Source: Candidatus Latescibacterota bacterium
GTDB taxonomy: Bacteria; Latescibacterota; UBA2968; GCA-2709665
Length of the DNA stretch: 64,000 nucleotides
Direction: 5' to 3'
NCBI GenBank assembly: GCA_965219455.1
Contig: OZ244744.1
Span: forward strand, 1,696,001 to 1,760,000
In this document: positions 18,647 through 28,017 of the stretch, piece by piece
Layout: each line of letters begins with the position of its first letter
Numbering within the stretch: the stretch's first letter is position 1
Made by a program: the position numbers and the translations under genes
The notes under the pieces: model-generated
Seen by the model: only the letters and a program-made list of their open reading frames with translations
The model's database searches: none
Told to the model about the DNA's origin: nothing

Positions 18647-19150
18647 CTTAAGAGACCTCTCGACAGTGTGAGCCGGTGCGGGCGGCTATTCCAGGCGCAA
18701 TCTCGAACCGTTTCGACCTCGTCAGGCCGTATTTTTGCCGGCACCCTTTTTCTCTTTTTTACGCGTTTTGTTTTTCGTTTCACACGCGCGGCAGAGGGTA
18801 AACACGCGGCCCTCGAAACCGCGGATGACGCCGAGTATCCTGCCGCATAACCGGCAGCGTATCGGAGCCCCGGGGCCCATTGTGCACCGCCTTTCATCTT
18901 TTGTTCGAGACGTGGATCGATTCCAAATCCGCAGGCGACCCCGGACTCATCCGCCGCTAATATGTGATTCGATCCATTTCCGACATTGGAAGACGAAAGT
19001 TCGTCGCCAAAATTCCAGGAATGATCCCAATTATCCGTGGGTACAAAGAACGCAAAAGGGCTTGCCGTTCTTGCCGACAGGCCCCTGTCCGTTAAACGCG
19101 AGAAGATTGGTATATTGACTACGGAGAAAAGTCCAAATTAGATGCTTGTA

Positions 19151-19445
19151 TTACTTTACATCGCCCTTATCAATCCGCGGCGTGCTGGCGAACAACCTAT
19201 CCAATAACAACAAAGAAGAACCTCCAATCTGGATTGAAAGCAATATGTTCATTTCGATTCCATATCTCTTGTAAACCAGAACACAGACACCACCAATCAT
19301 CATTCCTGCGAACGTCAGTATCCAATAAAACATGCTCTTCGCGTAGCCAGGTGCTTCCTTATGCAGCGTCTCCCGGATCCGGTACCACTTCAAACAATCA
19401 GCAAGTATTCCACCAACGCATCCCCAAACGAACGATTCGACACAT
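19151..19445 (-). CDS. Small membrane protein (about 3 TM); start appears frameshifted
   Basis: Frame open 19444-19151 encoding VESFVWGCVGGILADCLKWYRIRE..FYWILTFAGMMIGGVCVLVY..ILLSIQIGGSSLLLL; ATG at 19445 is 1 nt out of frame; first in-frame start is TTG 19393. Confidence 0.6.
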
Positions 19446-19448
19446 TAT

Positions 19449-19730
19449 CTACCATCTCCGTGCGAATTCCTGCGCGTCGGCAGCAAGTTCCCGGAATGAC
19501 ATCCGCCGCGATCTCGTCGTGTACAATATTCTGCGGGGTCTTGTTCTCCAATCGATAGATGTTCGCACTTCCGAATCGTGCAAATCAAGCTGTTCCGTTA
19601 CGACGTCGGGGTTAACGCCTATCTCGTCCGCAATTCCCTCGACAGTCCTGAAAGCCCAACATTCGTCTGCCAGAGCCAGTTTGATTCGCTCCCACAACGC
19701 TGTGCGATCAACTTGCTGGTCGTTCGGCAT
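19449..19730 (-). CDS. Small winged-HTH-like hypothetical protein
   Basis: IKLALADECWAFRTVEGIADEIGVNPDVVTEQL..ILYTTR; stop lies 3 nt before the next gene's ATG. Confidence 0.6.
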   Translation of the reverse strand: MPNDQQVDRTALWERIKLALADECWAFRTVEGIADEIGVNPDVVTEQLDLHDSEVRTSIDWRTRPRRILYTTRSRRMSFRELAADAQEFARRW

Positions 19731-19979
19731 CGCGAACTCTTCTTTCATCGCACTTCGATCCATCGTGCCCATAGATGACCAAATCAATCATTGTCACTCT
19801 CGCGCCCGCGGCATATTGAATATATCGGATCTGATGCCGACCTGCAACGGGTTTTCTTAAGACGTGGATTCAAAACGGCAGGCAAACGTAGACGGCGCGG
19901 GTAGGCTACAGGAACAGTTTGGGCCAACAGAGAGTGAATCTGTGCACCTTGTCCTATCGTTGCAGCCTTCAACGAACGA

Positions 19980-20906
19980 TCACGCAGCCAACACCATCTT
20001 CAGCAACGCCATCCGAATGTATAGCCCGTTGTGCGCCTGCCGGAAATACGCCGCCCTGGGATCCGTGTCCACCGCGGGGTCGATCTCGTCCACGCGCGGC
20101 AGCGGGTGCATCACGCGGCCGTTATCGGACAGAGCCTCCATCACCTTCGTATCGATGATGTATCTCCCCCGCGCCGCTTCGTAGTCCCGCGTGCGATCGC
20201 CGAACCTTTCCCTCTGGATCCGTGTCTGATAGACCACGTCAACCTGGCGCACAACCTCGATCAGGTCGTCCCGTTCCTCGAAGTACACCCGGTTCCGGAG
20301 CAGGTATTCCTTGATATCGGCCTTCATGCGCACCATCTCGGGCGCCACGAAATACAGCTTGACGTCTTCGTACCGGGTGAGCAGATAGGCCAGCGAACGC
20401 ACCGTGCGGCCGTTGGCGAGGTCACCCACCATAGCCACCGAAATCCCGTCCAGCCGACCGATCTCCTTCTGGATGGTATAGACGTCCAGCAGCGCCTGCG
20501 TAGGATGCTGGCCCGGGCCGTCGCCGGCGTTCAAAACCGGCACAGACGCCACCTCCGCCGCCCGCCGCGCGGATCCTCCCTCGTAGTGCCTGAGCACGAT
20601 CACATCCGCGTATCCTTCCACAATTCGAATGGTGTCCTCGAGGGTCTCGCCCTTCGCCGCCGAGGAAAACTCCCGCGCCGACTCCGTCGTGACCACGCTC
20701 CCCCCCAGACGGATCATGGCAGACTCGAAAGAAAGCCGGGTGCGGGTACTGGGTTCGTAAAACAGCGTGGCCATGATCCGGCGGTTCAGTATACTGGAGC
20801 CGTAGAGGCTTACAACCTCCTCCATCTCCTTGGTCACCGCGAAAATTTCCGTCAGCAGTTCCCGGTTGAATTGCTGCGCCTCGACCACGTGGAACAGGCT
20901 GTCCAT
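19980..20906 (-). CDS. pyrB: Aspartate carbamoyltransferase catalytic chain (plant-like)
   Basis: FYEPSTRTRLSFE, KGETLEDT, NAGDG..QHPTQALLD, GDLANGRTVRSL, MHPLPR; SD GGAGGA. Confidence 0.96.
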   Translation of the reverse strand: MDSLFHVVEAQQFNRELLTEIFAVTKEMEEVVSLYGSSILNRRIMATLFYEPSTRTRLSFESAMIRLGGSVVTTESAREFSSAAKGETLEDTIRIVEGYADVIVLRHYEGGSARRAAEVASVPVLNAGDGPGQHPTQALLDVYTIQKEIGRLDGISVAMVGDLANGRTVRSLAYLLTRYEDVKLYFVAPEMVRMKADIKEYLLRNRVYFEERDDLIEVVRQVDVVYQTRIQRERFGDRTRDYEAARGRYIIDTKVMEALSDNGRVMHPLPRVDEIDPAVDTDPRAAYFRQAHNGLYIRMALLKMVLAA

Positions 20907-21001
20907 CGAGTATCCTCCCTCAGAAGCTGTATTAAAACCCCCAGCGGTCTTCGCGCGGCTGCAAAGACGTCGGCCGGCGTGGGTCAAATCCACCCGTATC
21001 T

Positions 21002-21172
21002 TTAGATACAGTCGGCTTCGCCCGCCTGGACCGACACCTTTTCGCTCGCGCTCGGGAACTCACCGGGATTTTTAAAACAGCTTCTCACAACAAAAAAGCC
21101 CCCCTGCAGGGGAGCGGAAATACAGCAACCGGGGAGCCGGAAAAATTGATTTTGTATAGAAGAGATCCCCAT
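21002..21172 (-). CDS. Putative pyrL-like leader peptide (56 aa)
   Basis: Manual translation MGISSIQNQFFRLPGCCISAPLQGGFFVVRSCFKNPGEFPSASEKVSVQAGEADCI; starts just after a promoter and crosses a terminator. Confidence 0.45.
   Translation of the reverse strand: MGISSIQNQFFRLPGCCISAPLQGGFFVVRSCFKNPGEFPSASEKVSVQAGEADCI
21092..21115 (-). terminator. Intrinsic terminator/attenuator upstream of pyrB
   Basis: Minus strand GCTCCCC-TGCA-GGGGGGC-TTTTTT. Confidence 0.7.
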
Positions 21173-21182
21173 TTAAAAAGCA

Positions 21183-21211
21183 AATATAGTCCGGCCGCAC
21201 CTGGTTGGCAA
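21183..21211 (-). promoter_or_regulatory. Sigma70 promoter for pyrB leader
   Basis: TTGCCA-N17-TATATT on minus strand. Confidence 0.6.
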
Positions 21212-21334
21212 GCGGAAAATTCGGGAGCGGATTCAGCGGTGGCCGCTTCGGATTTGTTGGTCGCCGCCGGCTCGCGGAATCGTTGCCGTCGCGATGACGT
21301 GCGGGCACCGGCCCGAAATTCTGCCAAAAAGATA

Positions 21335-21363
21335 TTGACCGTACTGCGGAACTCCGATATATT
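21335..21363 (+). promoter_or_regulatory. Sigma70 promoter for glyA
   Basis: TTGACC-N17-TATATT. Confidence 0.65.
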
Positions 21364-21606
21364 TGTGTTCGCCGTGTTCGTGTTTTTTCAGGAAGGCACA
21401 ACGCGGTACCGCTACCCGATGGTTCACCTGTGAACGCAGAATCCGACAGACCGTCAATCGCCCGGGCTCGCCGCAACGTTATCCGGCCCGGGTTTTTGTG
21501 TGTCCTGATTCCACGCCCGCACCCGGGAGCGGAGTTCAGGTCTCCCGGAATCGATTCTCGCCAATCTAACTGACCCCGTCTATCCACCGCGTCTGGGAGA
21601 AACAGA

Positions 21607-23160
21607 ATGGTTCAGGCAACACCACCTGCCGATGTAGAGCGCTCGACGTCACCGCTTGCCAGGTATCTCTCCGAATCCGCCGGCGGCGGCAATCCCACGG
21701 ATCCCGGTTTTGTCGCCTACCTCGCGTCACTCGAACAGATTCACGCAATCTCGCCGCGAGTCGCCGCATCCATCGTTTCCGAACTGGAGGACCAGCGCGG
21801 CAACCTGAAGATGATCGCCAGCGAGAACTACTGCTCGCTGGCCGTACAGCTCGCACAGGGCAATCTCTTCACCGACAAGTATGCCGAAGGCGTGCCGGAC
21901 CGCCGCTTCTACGCCGGCTGTGACAACGTCGACGACATCGAAAAACATGCCGCTTCCCTCGCTCGCGGCCTCTTCGGGGCGGACCACGCGTACGTACAGC
22001 CTCATTCCGGCGCCGACGCCAACCTTGTCGCCTTCTGGGCCATCCTTTCCGCCCGCATTCAGGCGCCGTTTATGGAACAGACGGGAAAGACCGATCTCAC
22101 GGCCCTTTCCGACGCCGAGTGGCGGGAACTCCGAACCGCGCTGGGTAACCAGAAATTGCTCGGCCTGGATTACTACTCCGGCGGCCATCTCACCCACGGA
22201 TACCGGCACAACGTATCCGCCAAAATGTTCCACGCCGAATCCTACAGTGTCGACCCCGAGACCAGGCTTATCGATTACGACCGTGTCCGCAGCCAGGCGA
22301 AGGCGTTCAAACCGCTGATTCTCCTCGCGGGGTACAGCGCGTACACCCGTAGAATCAACTTCCGCATATTCAGGGAAATCGCCGACGAAATCGGCGCCGT
22401 TTTCGTGGTTGACATGGCGCACTTCGCAGGTCTCGTGGCCGGTAAAGTATTCACTGGCGACGACGACCCGGTGGCCCACGCCGACGTTGTGACCACCACG
22501 ACCCACAAGACCCTCAGGGGGCCTCGAGGCGGCATGGTTCTCTGCAAGGCGGAATATGCGGAACACGTGGACCGGGGGTGCCCAATGGTGCTGGGCGGTC
22601 CTCTGCCGCACGCCATTGCGGCCAAGGCCGTTGCCCTTCAGGAGGCCGGTGCGGACCCATTCAGAAGTTACGCACGCCGCATTGTGCAAAACGCCGCGGC
22701 CCTGGCCGAAGCCTGCGTCGAAGAGGGTCTCACCGTACTCACCGGCGGCACCGACAACCACATGCTGCTCATCGACGTGACGCCGATGGATCTCACCGGC
22801 AGGCAGGCGGAATCCGTGCTGCGAAACGCCCGGATCACCCTCAACCGCAACGCACTGCCCTTCGATACGAACGGCGCATGGTACACCAGCGGCCTCCGGC
22901 TCGGAACACCCGCCCTCACGACGCTGGGCATGGGTGCGGAAGAGATGCGGAGAATCGCCGCCGCTCTACGCCTTGTGCTCTTCAACACACGGCCCGTCCG
23001 GATCAAAAAAGGCAGGCATGCCGGGAAGTCCAGCAAGGCGCGTTCCCGGACCCGTCCGGAGGCGCTCGAAGAAGCCCGCGCGGAGGTGGTCGATCTGCTC
23101 AACCGATATCCGGCTTACCCGGAACTGGACCTGGAATACATGAAACAGGTGCTGCAATAG
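21607..23160 (+). CDS. glyA: Serine hydroxymethyltransferase (long form)
   Basis: [64 protein letters not shown]. Confidence 0.96.
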   Translation: MVQATPPADVERSTSPLARYLSESAGGGNPTDPGFVAYLASLEQIHAISPRVAASIVSELEDQRGNLKMIASENYCSLAVQLAQGNLFTDKYAEGVPDRRFYAGCDNVDDIEKHAASLARGLFGADHAYVQPHSGADANLVAFWAILSARIQAPFMEQTGKTDLTALSDAEWRELRTALGNQKLLGLDYYSGGHLTHGYRHNVSAKMFHAESYSVDPETRLIDYDRVRSQAKAFKPLILLAGYSAYTRRINFRIFREIADEIGAVFVVDMAHFAGLVAGKVFTGDDDPVAHADVVTTTTHKTLRGPRGGMVLCKAEYAEHVDRGCPMVLGGPLPHAIAAKAVALQEAGADPFRSYARRIVQNAAALAEACVEEGLTVLTGGTDNHMLLIDVTPMDLTGRQAESVLRNARITLNRNALPFDTNGAWYTSGLRLGTPALTTLGMGAEEMRRIAAALRLVLFNTRPVRIKKGRHAGKSSKARSRTRPEALEEARAEVVDLLNRYPAYPELDLEYMKQVLQ

Positions 23161-23204
23161 CAGGCCGCTTCCGGCTCGGGGACTCCCGGTCCAACTTCCC
23201 GCTG

Positions 23205-24305
23205 TCAGGAGATGACCGCTTCCATCGCCGCATCGTGAAACTCCGGCCGCAGCCTCCGTATCCCCTGATTCTCCCGGGTAGGATGCACCCGGTTTGTCAG
23301 GAGTACCACTCCAACGTCCCGTTCGGGATCCACCCAAACGGAGGTGCCTGTAAATCCGGTGTGTCCGAACGATCGGGCCGAAAAGCGCCTGCCCGCGGAA
23401 CTTCCAGCTTTCGATACCGTGTCCCAACCCAGCGCGCGGGTACTGCCGGGCGCCAATCCCGCCCGTGACGTAAATCGGCGGATGGCATTTCCGGAAAAAA
23501 CCCACGTTCCCTCATGTTTCCCTCCGTTCAGGATCACCCTCAAAAAACAACCCAGATCGACCGCCGTCCCGAAGAGCCCCGCGTGCGGCGCCACGCCGCC
23601 CATCGCCCAGGCATTTCCATCGTGTACCTGCCCATGAATCAGCCCCCTGCGTTGCTCGGCCTGAAACTCCGTTGGCGGAATCCTTCCCAGTAGTTCGCGC
23701 CCCGGCAGATACATCGTCTCCGCCATCCCCAGCGGACCAAAGACGTATCGCCGAGCCAGTTCCTCAAGCGGCGCTCCACCCACGCGCTCGACGGCCGCCC
23801 CCAACAACAGAAAGCTCAAATCGCTATAAATCGTCCTGGTCCCCGGCGGGTACGCCAGCGGCGTCCTGCACGCGGCCGCCAGCACCGCCTCCTTGCCCTG
23901 GCAGGTTTCAAAAAAACGCTGGTGCGCCGGCAATCCCGCGCAGTGCGCGAGAAGAAGCCTGATCGTCACCCCGTCCCTCCCGTCCCCCCGGAACGCCGGC
24001 ACGTACTCACCCACCCGCTCATCCAGATCCAGGCCGGGTTGAAGCGCCATGCAGATTGACGTTGTCACAACCACCTTCGTCAACGACGCGAGGTCGTAGA
24101 GGTCATTCTCGCTGACTTCCGGAGCGTCCGGCTCGTACGTGTGCCGTCCCGCCACCCAGCAGGCGACACCGCCTCCGCCCCGCACCAACAGGCCCACCGC
24201 GCCAGGCGTACTCCTCTCCCGAACGTGACGCTCCAGCACCTCCCCGGCCCGCCCGAACCGCTGCGGATCAAGACCGGTTCGCCAGTCAGATCGTTCCGCA
24301 TCCAT
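23205..24305 (-). CDS. Serine hydrolase, beta-lactamase class C-like family
   Basis: DLASLTK (SxxK), YSDL, GQVHDGNA, GHTGFTGTS, LLTNRVHP. Confidence 0.88.
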   Translation of the reverse strand: MDAERSDWRTGLDPQRFGRAGEVLERHVRERSTPGAVGLLVRGGGGVACWVAGRHTYEPDAPEVSENDLYDLASLTKVVVTTSICMALQPGLDLDERVGEYVPAFRGDGRDGVTIRLLLAHCAGLPAHQRFFETCQGKEAVLAAACRTPLAYPPGTRTIYSDLSFLLLGAAVERVGGAPLEELARRYVFGPLGMAETMYLPGRELLGRIPPTEFQAEQRRGLIHGQVHDGNAWAMGGVAPHAGLFGTAVDLGCFLRVILNGGKHEGTWVFSGNAIRRFTSRAGLAPGSTRALGWDTVSKAGSSAGRRFSARSFGHTGFTGTSVWVDPERDVGVVLLTNRVHPTRENQGIRRLRPEFHDAAMEAVIS

Positions 24306-24337
24306 GTCGCCTGGTTAACCTCCGGATTGCGACGGTC

Positions 24338-24380
24338 GTCGGCCGAATTCAGGCAATCTATTTCCGGGACAGAACACTAG
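24338..24380. mobile_element. Solo right end of MITE type 2
   Basis: GGCCGAATTCAGGCAATCTATTTCCGGGACAGAACA-CTAG nearly identical to 25056-25095. Confidence 0.7.
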
Positions 24381-24382
24381 CC

Positions 24383-24411
24383 TTGACCTTCCCCATCCTT
24401 CTGCATATCTT
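24383..24411 (+). promoter_or_regulatory. Sigma70 promoter upstream of cutA
   Basis: TTGACC-N17-TATCTT. Confidence 0.55.
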
Positions 24412-24536
24412 CAGCGGTGCGAGATTCCGGGTTTATCCAACGGCACGCGGCCCGGACACCCAACGGGAGGGCGCCGCCTGCACACCGTGCCGCAACGAAC
24501 CCATCGTATGGGTCTCCACTTTCGGGAGGGTATTCC

Positions 24537-24857
24537 ATGCGTGAAATCCGGAATTACGTTGTGTTCATCACCGCCCCCAGCGAAGAAGAAGCCGCCGGAA
24601 TCGGCCGCGTCCTGGTTGAAGAACGCCTGGCCGCATGCGCAAACATCACCGGACGTATCCGGTCCATCTACCGCTGGCAGGACGCCATTGAAGACGAAGC
24701 CGAATCCCTCATGATCCTCAAAACGTCACAGGCCAGCCTCGATGCTCTCATCGCCCGGGCGAACGAATTACACAGTTACGACGTGCCTGAGATCATTGCT
24801 CTTCCCATCCAACAGGGGTACCCGCCCTACCTGAATTGGATCGCCGAGAACGCCTGA
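24537..24857 (+). CDS. cutA: Divalent-cation tolerance protein CutA
   Basis: LVEERLAACANI, SIYRWQD, E..MILKT, HSYDVPEIIALPI..GYPPYLNWI. Confidence 0.94.
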   Translation: MREIRNYVVFITAPSEEEAAGIGRVLVEERLAACANITGRIRSIYRWQDAIEDEAESLMILKTSQASLDALIARANELHSYDVPEIIALPIQQGYPPYLNWIAENA

Positions 24858-24930
24858 ACGACGTCTCCGATCCGGCCATGAGCGTTGCCGGGCACCTTCA
24901 ATCGCCCATTCGAATTCAGACAGGGCCTAG

Positions 24931-25091
24931 TGTCCTGTCCCAAAAATATCTAACCATTCTTCCGCCGATTCATCCCGTCTCGCAGCGTTGCCTTCGCTCG
25001 CCGAACTTACGCAGGTCGCCTGCGCTCTGGCGCCTTGCGAGCCGGGCGACTCGACGGCCGAATTTAGGCAACCTATTTCTGGGACAGAACA
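24931..25091. mobile_element. MITE type 2 (161 bp)
   Basis: TIRs TGTCCTGTCCCAAAAATA / TGTTCTGTCCCAGAAATA; CTAG on both flanks (24927-24930, 25092-25095). Confidence 0.85.
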
Positions 25092-25096
25092 CTAGC

Positions 25097-26978
25097 CCTA
25101 AAATAAGCGAGTATCGTGTGCGCCACAGTGATTTGTGTTTGTGTTGAGGCGTTGGTGTCGATTTATATGGAATTGGCGTTTTGGATGGTTTTTAGGGCCG
25201 TGTTTGTCGTGGTCGCTATGGTAAATTGAGTATCCGAAGTGGCGTTGAGACGCGTGGTGGACACACCGGTCCGTTGAGGGGTGTGGGGATGGCGCCGCGT
25301 TTGTGTGTCATCGGTGGTGCTGCATTGGTGTTATCCAAATCCGGTGCGTTCAATGATACGCCAGGTGCTGAAGAGGCGATCGAGGGTGGGTTGATAGCCG
25401 ATGAGCCGTAACGTGGTGGTGCGCGCGCGTTGGATGACGTGGCAGGGAATCAAGATAATGCTGTGGATGAAGCGCCGGAATTCCATGCAGACGTACTGCT
25501 GTCGATCACGGTGTCTGTGCATCATCATGGCAAACCAGGATTTGAGGTTCCAGGCCAGGGCGGCGATGACCATATAGGCCCAGTTGCTGACCAGGTCATA
25601 CAGGGGCACGCGCAAGGCGTTGACGCCGTTTTTGAGTTGCTCGATGACGTTCTCCTGATCGCAGCGTTGGTTGGCGCAGGCGACGATCTCTTGGGGGGTC
25701 ACGTCCGTGCGTGTCGTGATATAGAAGAAATAACGGCATTCGTCGAACAGGACAAGGTCGCCCTTCATTTTGCTGATGTTCTTGCGCAGGACCACGACGC
25801 GATACCCACGTTTACAGCGCGTGGGTTGGTAGTTGAACTCGGCCACGTGTTCGTGGTTCAGCACCAGGTTGGCGTAGGCCCGCTTGTGGACGATGCGCTG
25901 TTTCTCGTGGGGCTGATTGCGCTTCCGCTTCTGGTCGGTCACGGTGTGATAACGGGGTTTGCGTTGCAGGGGCTGCCATTGTGCCTCGTCGAGGGCCTCG
26001 GCACGGGAACGCATCGCCGCGTTGGCGTCCATCCCGAAGATGAAGTCGACGCTTTTGGCCCAGCGATCAAGATGTCGAGTCAAGAAAAAGTCGGTGTCGC
26101 CACGCACACAGATGCGCTTGGCGTGGGGCTGCACCAGGTCGATGGCCGCGTCGATCCACTGTGCCGCACCGGTGTGGCTGGGCACATTCCCCGGTCGGTT
26201 GACCAGGAAGAGCACTTCCTTCGTGTTGGAAAGTGAGATCACCAGCGGATGGTAGCCCCAGATGCCCTGGTAAGAGATGTCCATACCCCTCTTGCGCTTG
26301 CCATACGTGGGCACGTTTGTGCCGTCCACATCGATATAGGTGATGTCACCAAGCAATTTGCGGCCACGCGATGCCCACAAGGAGGATCGCACCGCGTTGA
26401 TGCACGCCATCAGTTCGACGATGTCCCGTTCCGAGAAGCGTCGGCAAAAGTCACCCGCCGTGGTCGGATCGGGAATCAACTTGGCGCCCAGGGCATTCAT
26501 GTAGGCCCCGTCACTTCGCAAACGCTCGATATCCTCCAAGCGCGTGCCGCCGCATAACACGTTGTATGTGATGTTTAGTACGTGGTCCGACTCATGATAG
26601 GGCAGATGCACCTTCAACAAGGACAGTGACGCGTCGATGCGCTTGGGCAGACCCAGCTTGGTGACCAGGCGATGCACGGCGCCGATGCCTCCGTAACTCA
26701 TCGCGTCGGTGTAGGCGCCTACCTCGTAGTGCACTTTGCCAGGACTGAACATGGGCCGGCGCTGGGCCTGCCAATGCCCCGCTCGACCGTGGCGGGCGGC
26801 CACTTTGCGTTTGCGACGAGCACGGTTCCTGCGGCTGTCATCAACCGATATTCTTTTCACCGGAAAGGTCTCCTGCGTTGGAGTGATGATTTCTAGCACA
26901 ATCCATCTATCTCCAACAACGGTAGGCCTTTCCGGTCTCTTGGACCAGAAAAATTTCACTGGTCACGCTTGTTTAAGG
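25097..26978 (-). mobile_element. IS1380-family insertion sequence, copy 2 (complete, 1882 bp)
   Basis: IRs CCTTAAACAAGCG / CCTAAAATAAGCG; direct repeat ACTAGC at 25091-25096 and 26979-26984. Confidence 0.93.
25331..26860 (-). CDS. IS1380-family transposase
   Basis: SYGGI, LEDIERLRSD, YIDVDGT, GYHPL, RPGN, VRGDTDF, RCDQENVIEQLK; GTG 26860 after AGGAG. Confidence 0.93.
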   Translation of the reverse strand: MKRISVDDSRRNRARRKRKVAARHGRAGHWQAQRRPMFSPGKVHYEVGAYTDAMSYGGIGAVHRLVTKLGLPKRIDASLSLLKVHLPYHESDHVLNITYNVLCGGTRLEDIERLRSDGAYMNALGAKLIPDPTTAGDFCRRFSERDIVELMACINAVRSSLWASRGRKLLGDITYIDVDGTNVPTYGKRKRGMDISYQGIWGYHPLVISLSNTKEVLFLVNRPGNVPSHTGAAQWIDAAIDLVQPHAKRICVRGDTDFFLTRHLDRWAKSVDFIFGMDANAAMRSRAEALDEAQWQPLQRKPRYHTVTDQKRKRNQPHEKQRIVHKRAYANLVLNHEHVAEFNYQPTRCKRGYRVVVLRKNISKMKGDLVLFDECRYFFYITTRTDVTPQEIVACANQRCDQENVIEQLKNGVNALRVPLYDLVSNWAYMVIAALAWNLKSWFAMMMHRHRDRQQYVCMEFRRFIHSIILIPCHVIQRARTTTLRLIGYQPTLDRLFSTWRIIERTGFG

Positions 26979-27021
26979 ACTAGCGACGATCTTCGCCGGG
27001 CGCCAACAGGAAGGATCCTCA

Positions 27022-27960
27022 ATGGCCGGTCACCCGCAATACGCCATAGGCATCGACCTGGGCGGCGGAAGCATCAAGGGGGCACTCGTTTCCGCCGACG
27101 GCCTCATCGAAGCCAAAGCCCGCTATCCTACGGACGTCGGGAGCGGCGAACACGGCGTGGCGGACCGGATCGCGGAACTCTTCGCATCTCTGCTCGACCG
27201 GAACGGCCTGTTGAAAGGCGACATTGCGGGCGTCGGTATCGGCGTGCCCGGCGTGACCACGGCGGAGGGCGACGTCATCATCGCTCCGAATCTCCACTGG
27301 CGCCACGTCCCGTTCAAGCGGATGCTCGAGGACCGGATCAGACTGCGCGTTGAGATCGACAACGACGCCAGCGTTGCCGCAATGGGAGAAGCCCACCTGG
27401 GGGCGGGCCAGGGCCGCGAGTCCCTTTTCCTCATCACTCTGGGCACGGGCATTGGTGGCGGACTGGTTTTGAACGGCGGCATTCACCACGGCGCCTCTTT
27501 CGCCGCAGGTGAAATCGGGCACATGTGCATGGACCCGGACGGCCCTGTCTGCGGGTGCGGCAAAACAGGATGCCTGGAAGCCCTCACCGCCGGCCCCGCG
27601 ATGGTCCGTTACGTTCGCGGCCGCCTTTCGGAAGCGCCGTCTTCATCTTTCACCCGCACCCTCACTCCGGAATCCATCTGCAGGGCCGCGGAAAAAGGCG
27701 ACGGCCTCGCCTGTGAAACCGTCGCCCGCGTCGCGCGCTATCTCGGGGTCGCCATCGCAAATATCATCAACGTCATCAGCCCGGACGTGATCGCCATCGG
27801 CGGCGGAATCGCCGCGGCCGGCCGTGTTCTTCTCGACCCCATCGTTGCCGCCGCTCGTGAATACACGCTGGAAGGGATGTTCGATCACACCCGGATTCTG
27901 CCAGCCGAACTGGGCAACGACGCCGGCGTCCTGGGCGCGTCGCGCCTGGTCCTGAAGTAG
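27022..27960 (+). CDS. ROK family kinase (glucokinase-like)
   Basis: GIDLGGG, IDNDASVAAMGE, LGTGIGGG, GEIGH, CGCGKTGCLE. Confidence 0.92.
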   Translation: MAGHPQYAIGIDLGGGSIKGALVSADGLIEAKARYPTDVGSGEHGVADRIAELFASLLDRNGLLKGDIAGVGIGVPGVTTAEGDVIIAPNLHWRHVPFKRMLEDRIRLRVEIDNDASVAAMGEAHLGAGQGRESLFLITLGTGIGGGLVLNGGIHHGASFAAGEIGHMCMDPDGPVCGCGKTGCLEALTAGPAMVRYVRGRLSEAPSSSFTRTLTPESICRAAEKGDGLACETVARVARYLGVAIANIINVISPDVIAIGGGIAAAGRVLLDPIVAAAREYTLEGMFDHTRILPAELGNDAGVLGASRLVLK

Positions 27961-28017
27961 CGGGCCAATCGGACAAAGGAGAATCCCCGATCAACGGGGC
28001 GCCTGAGCCAGCCGCCG

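Noticed and set aside
18637-18897. Basic ORF with YAAGYAAGY repeat and KRK-rich tract
   Set aside because: No family resemblance; the Lys/Arg tract derives from a T-rich intergenic stretch; cannot be supported
21011-21035. PyrR-binding loop upstream of pyrB (GGUCCAGGCGGGC in a hairpin)
   Set aside because: Only partial resemblance to the ARUCCNGNGAGGYU consensus, and it lies downstream of the terminator, the wrong order for PyrR attenuation
21400-21500. Canonical ZTP (pfl) riboswitch before glyA
   Set aside because: The conserved GACUG-RCG 5' strand is not visible; kept only as an unclassified leader candidate
1-26978. Composite transposon formed by the two IS1380 copies
   Set aside because: Copy 2 has its own matched ACTAGC duplication, showing independent insertion, and the enclosed DNA includes core genes (pyrB, glyA, sppA)
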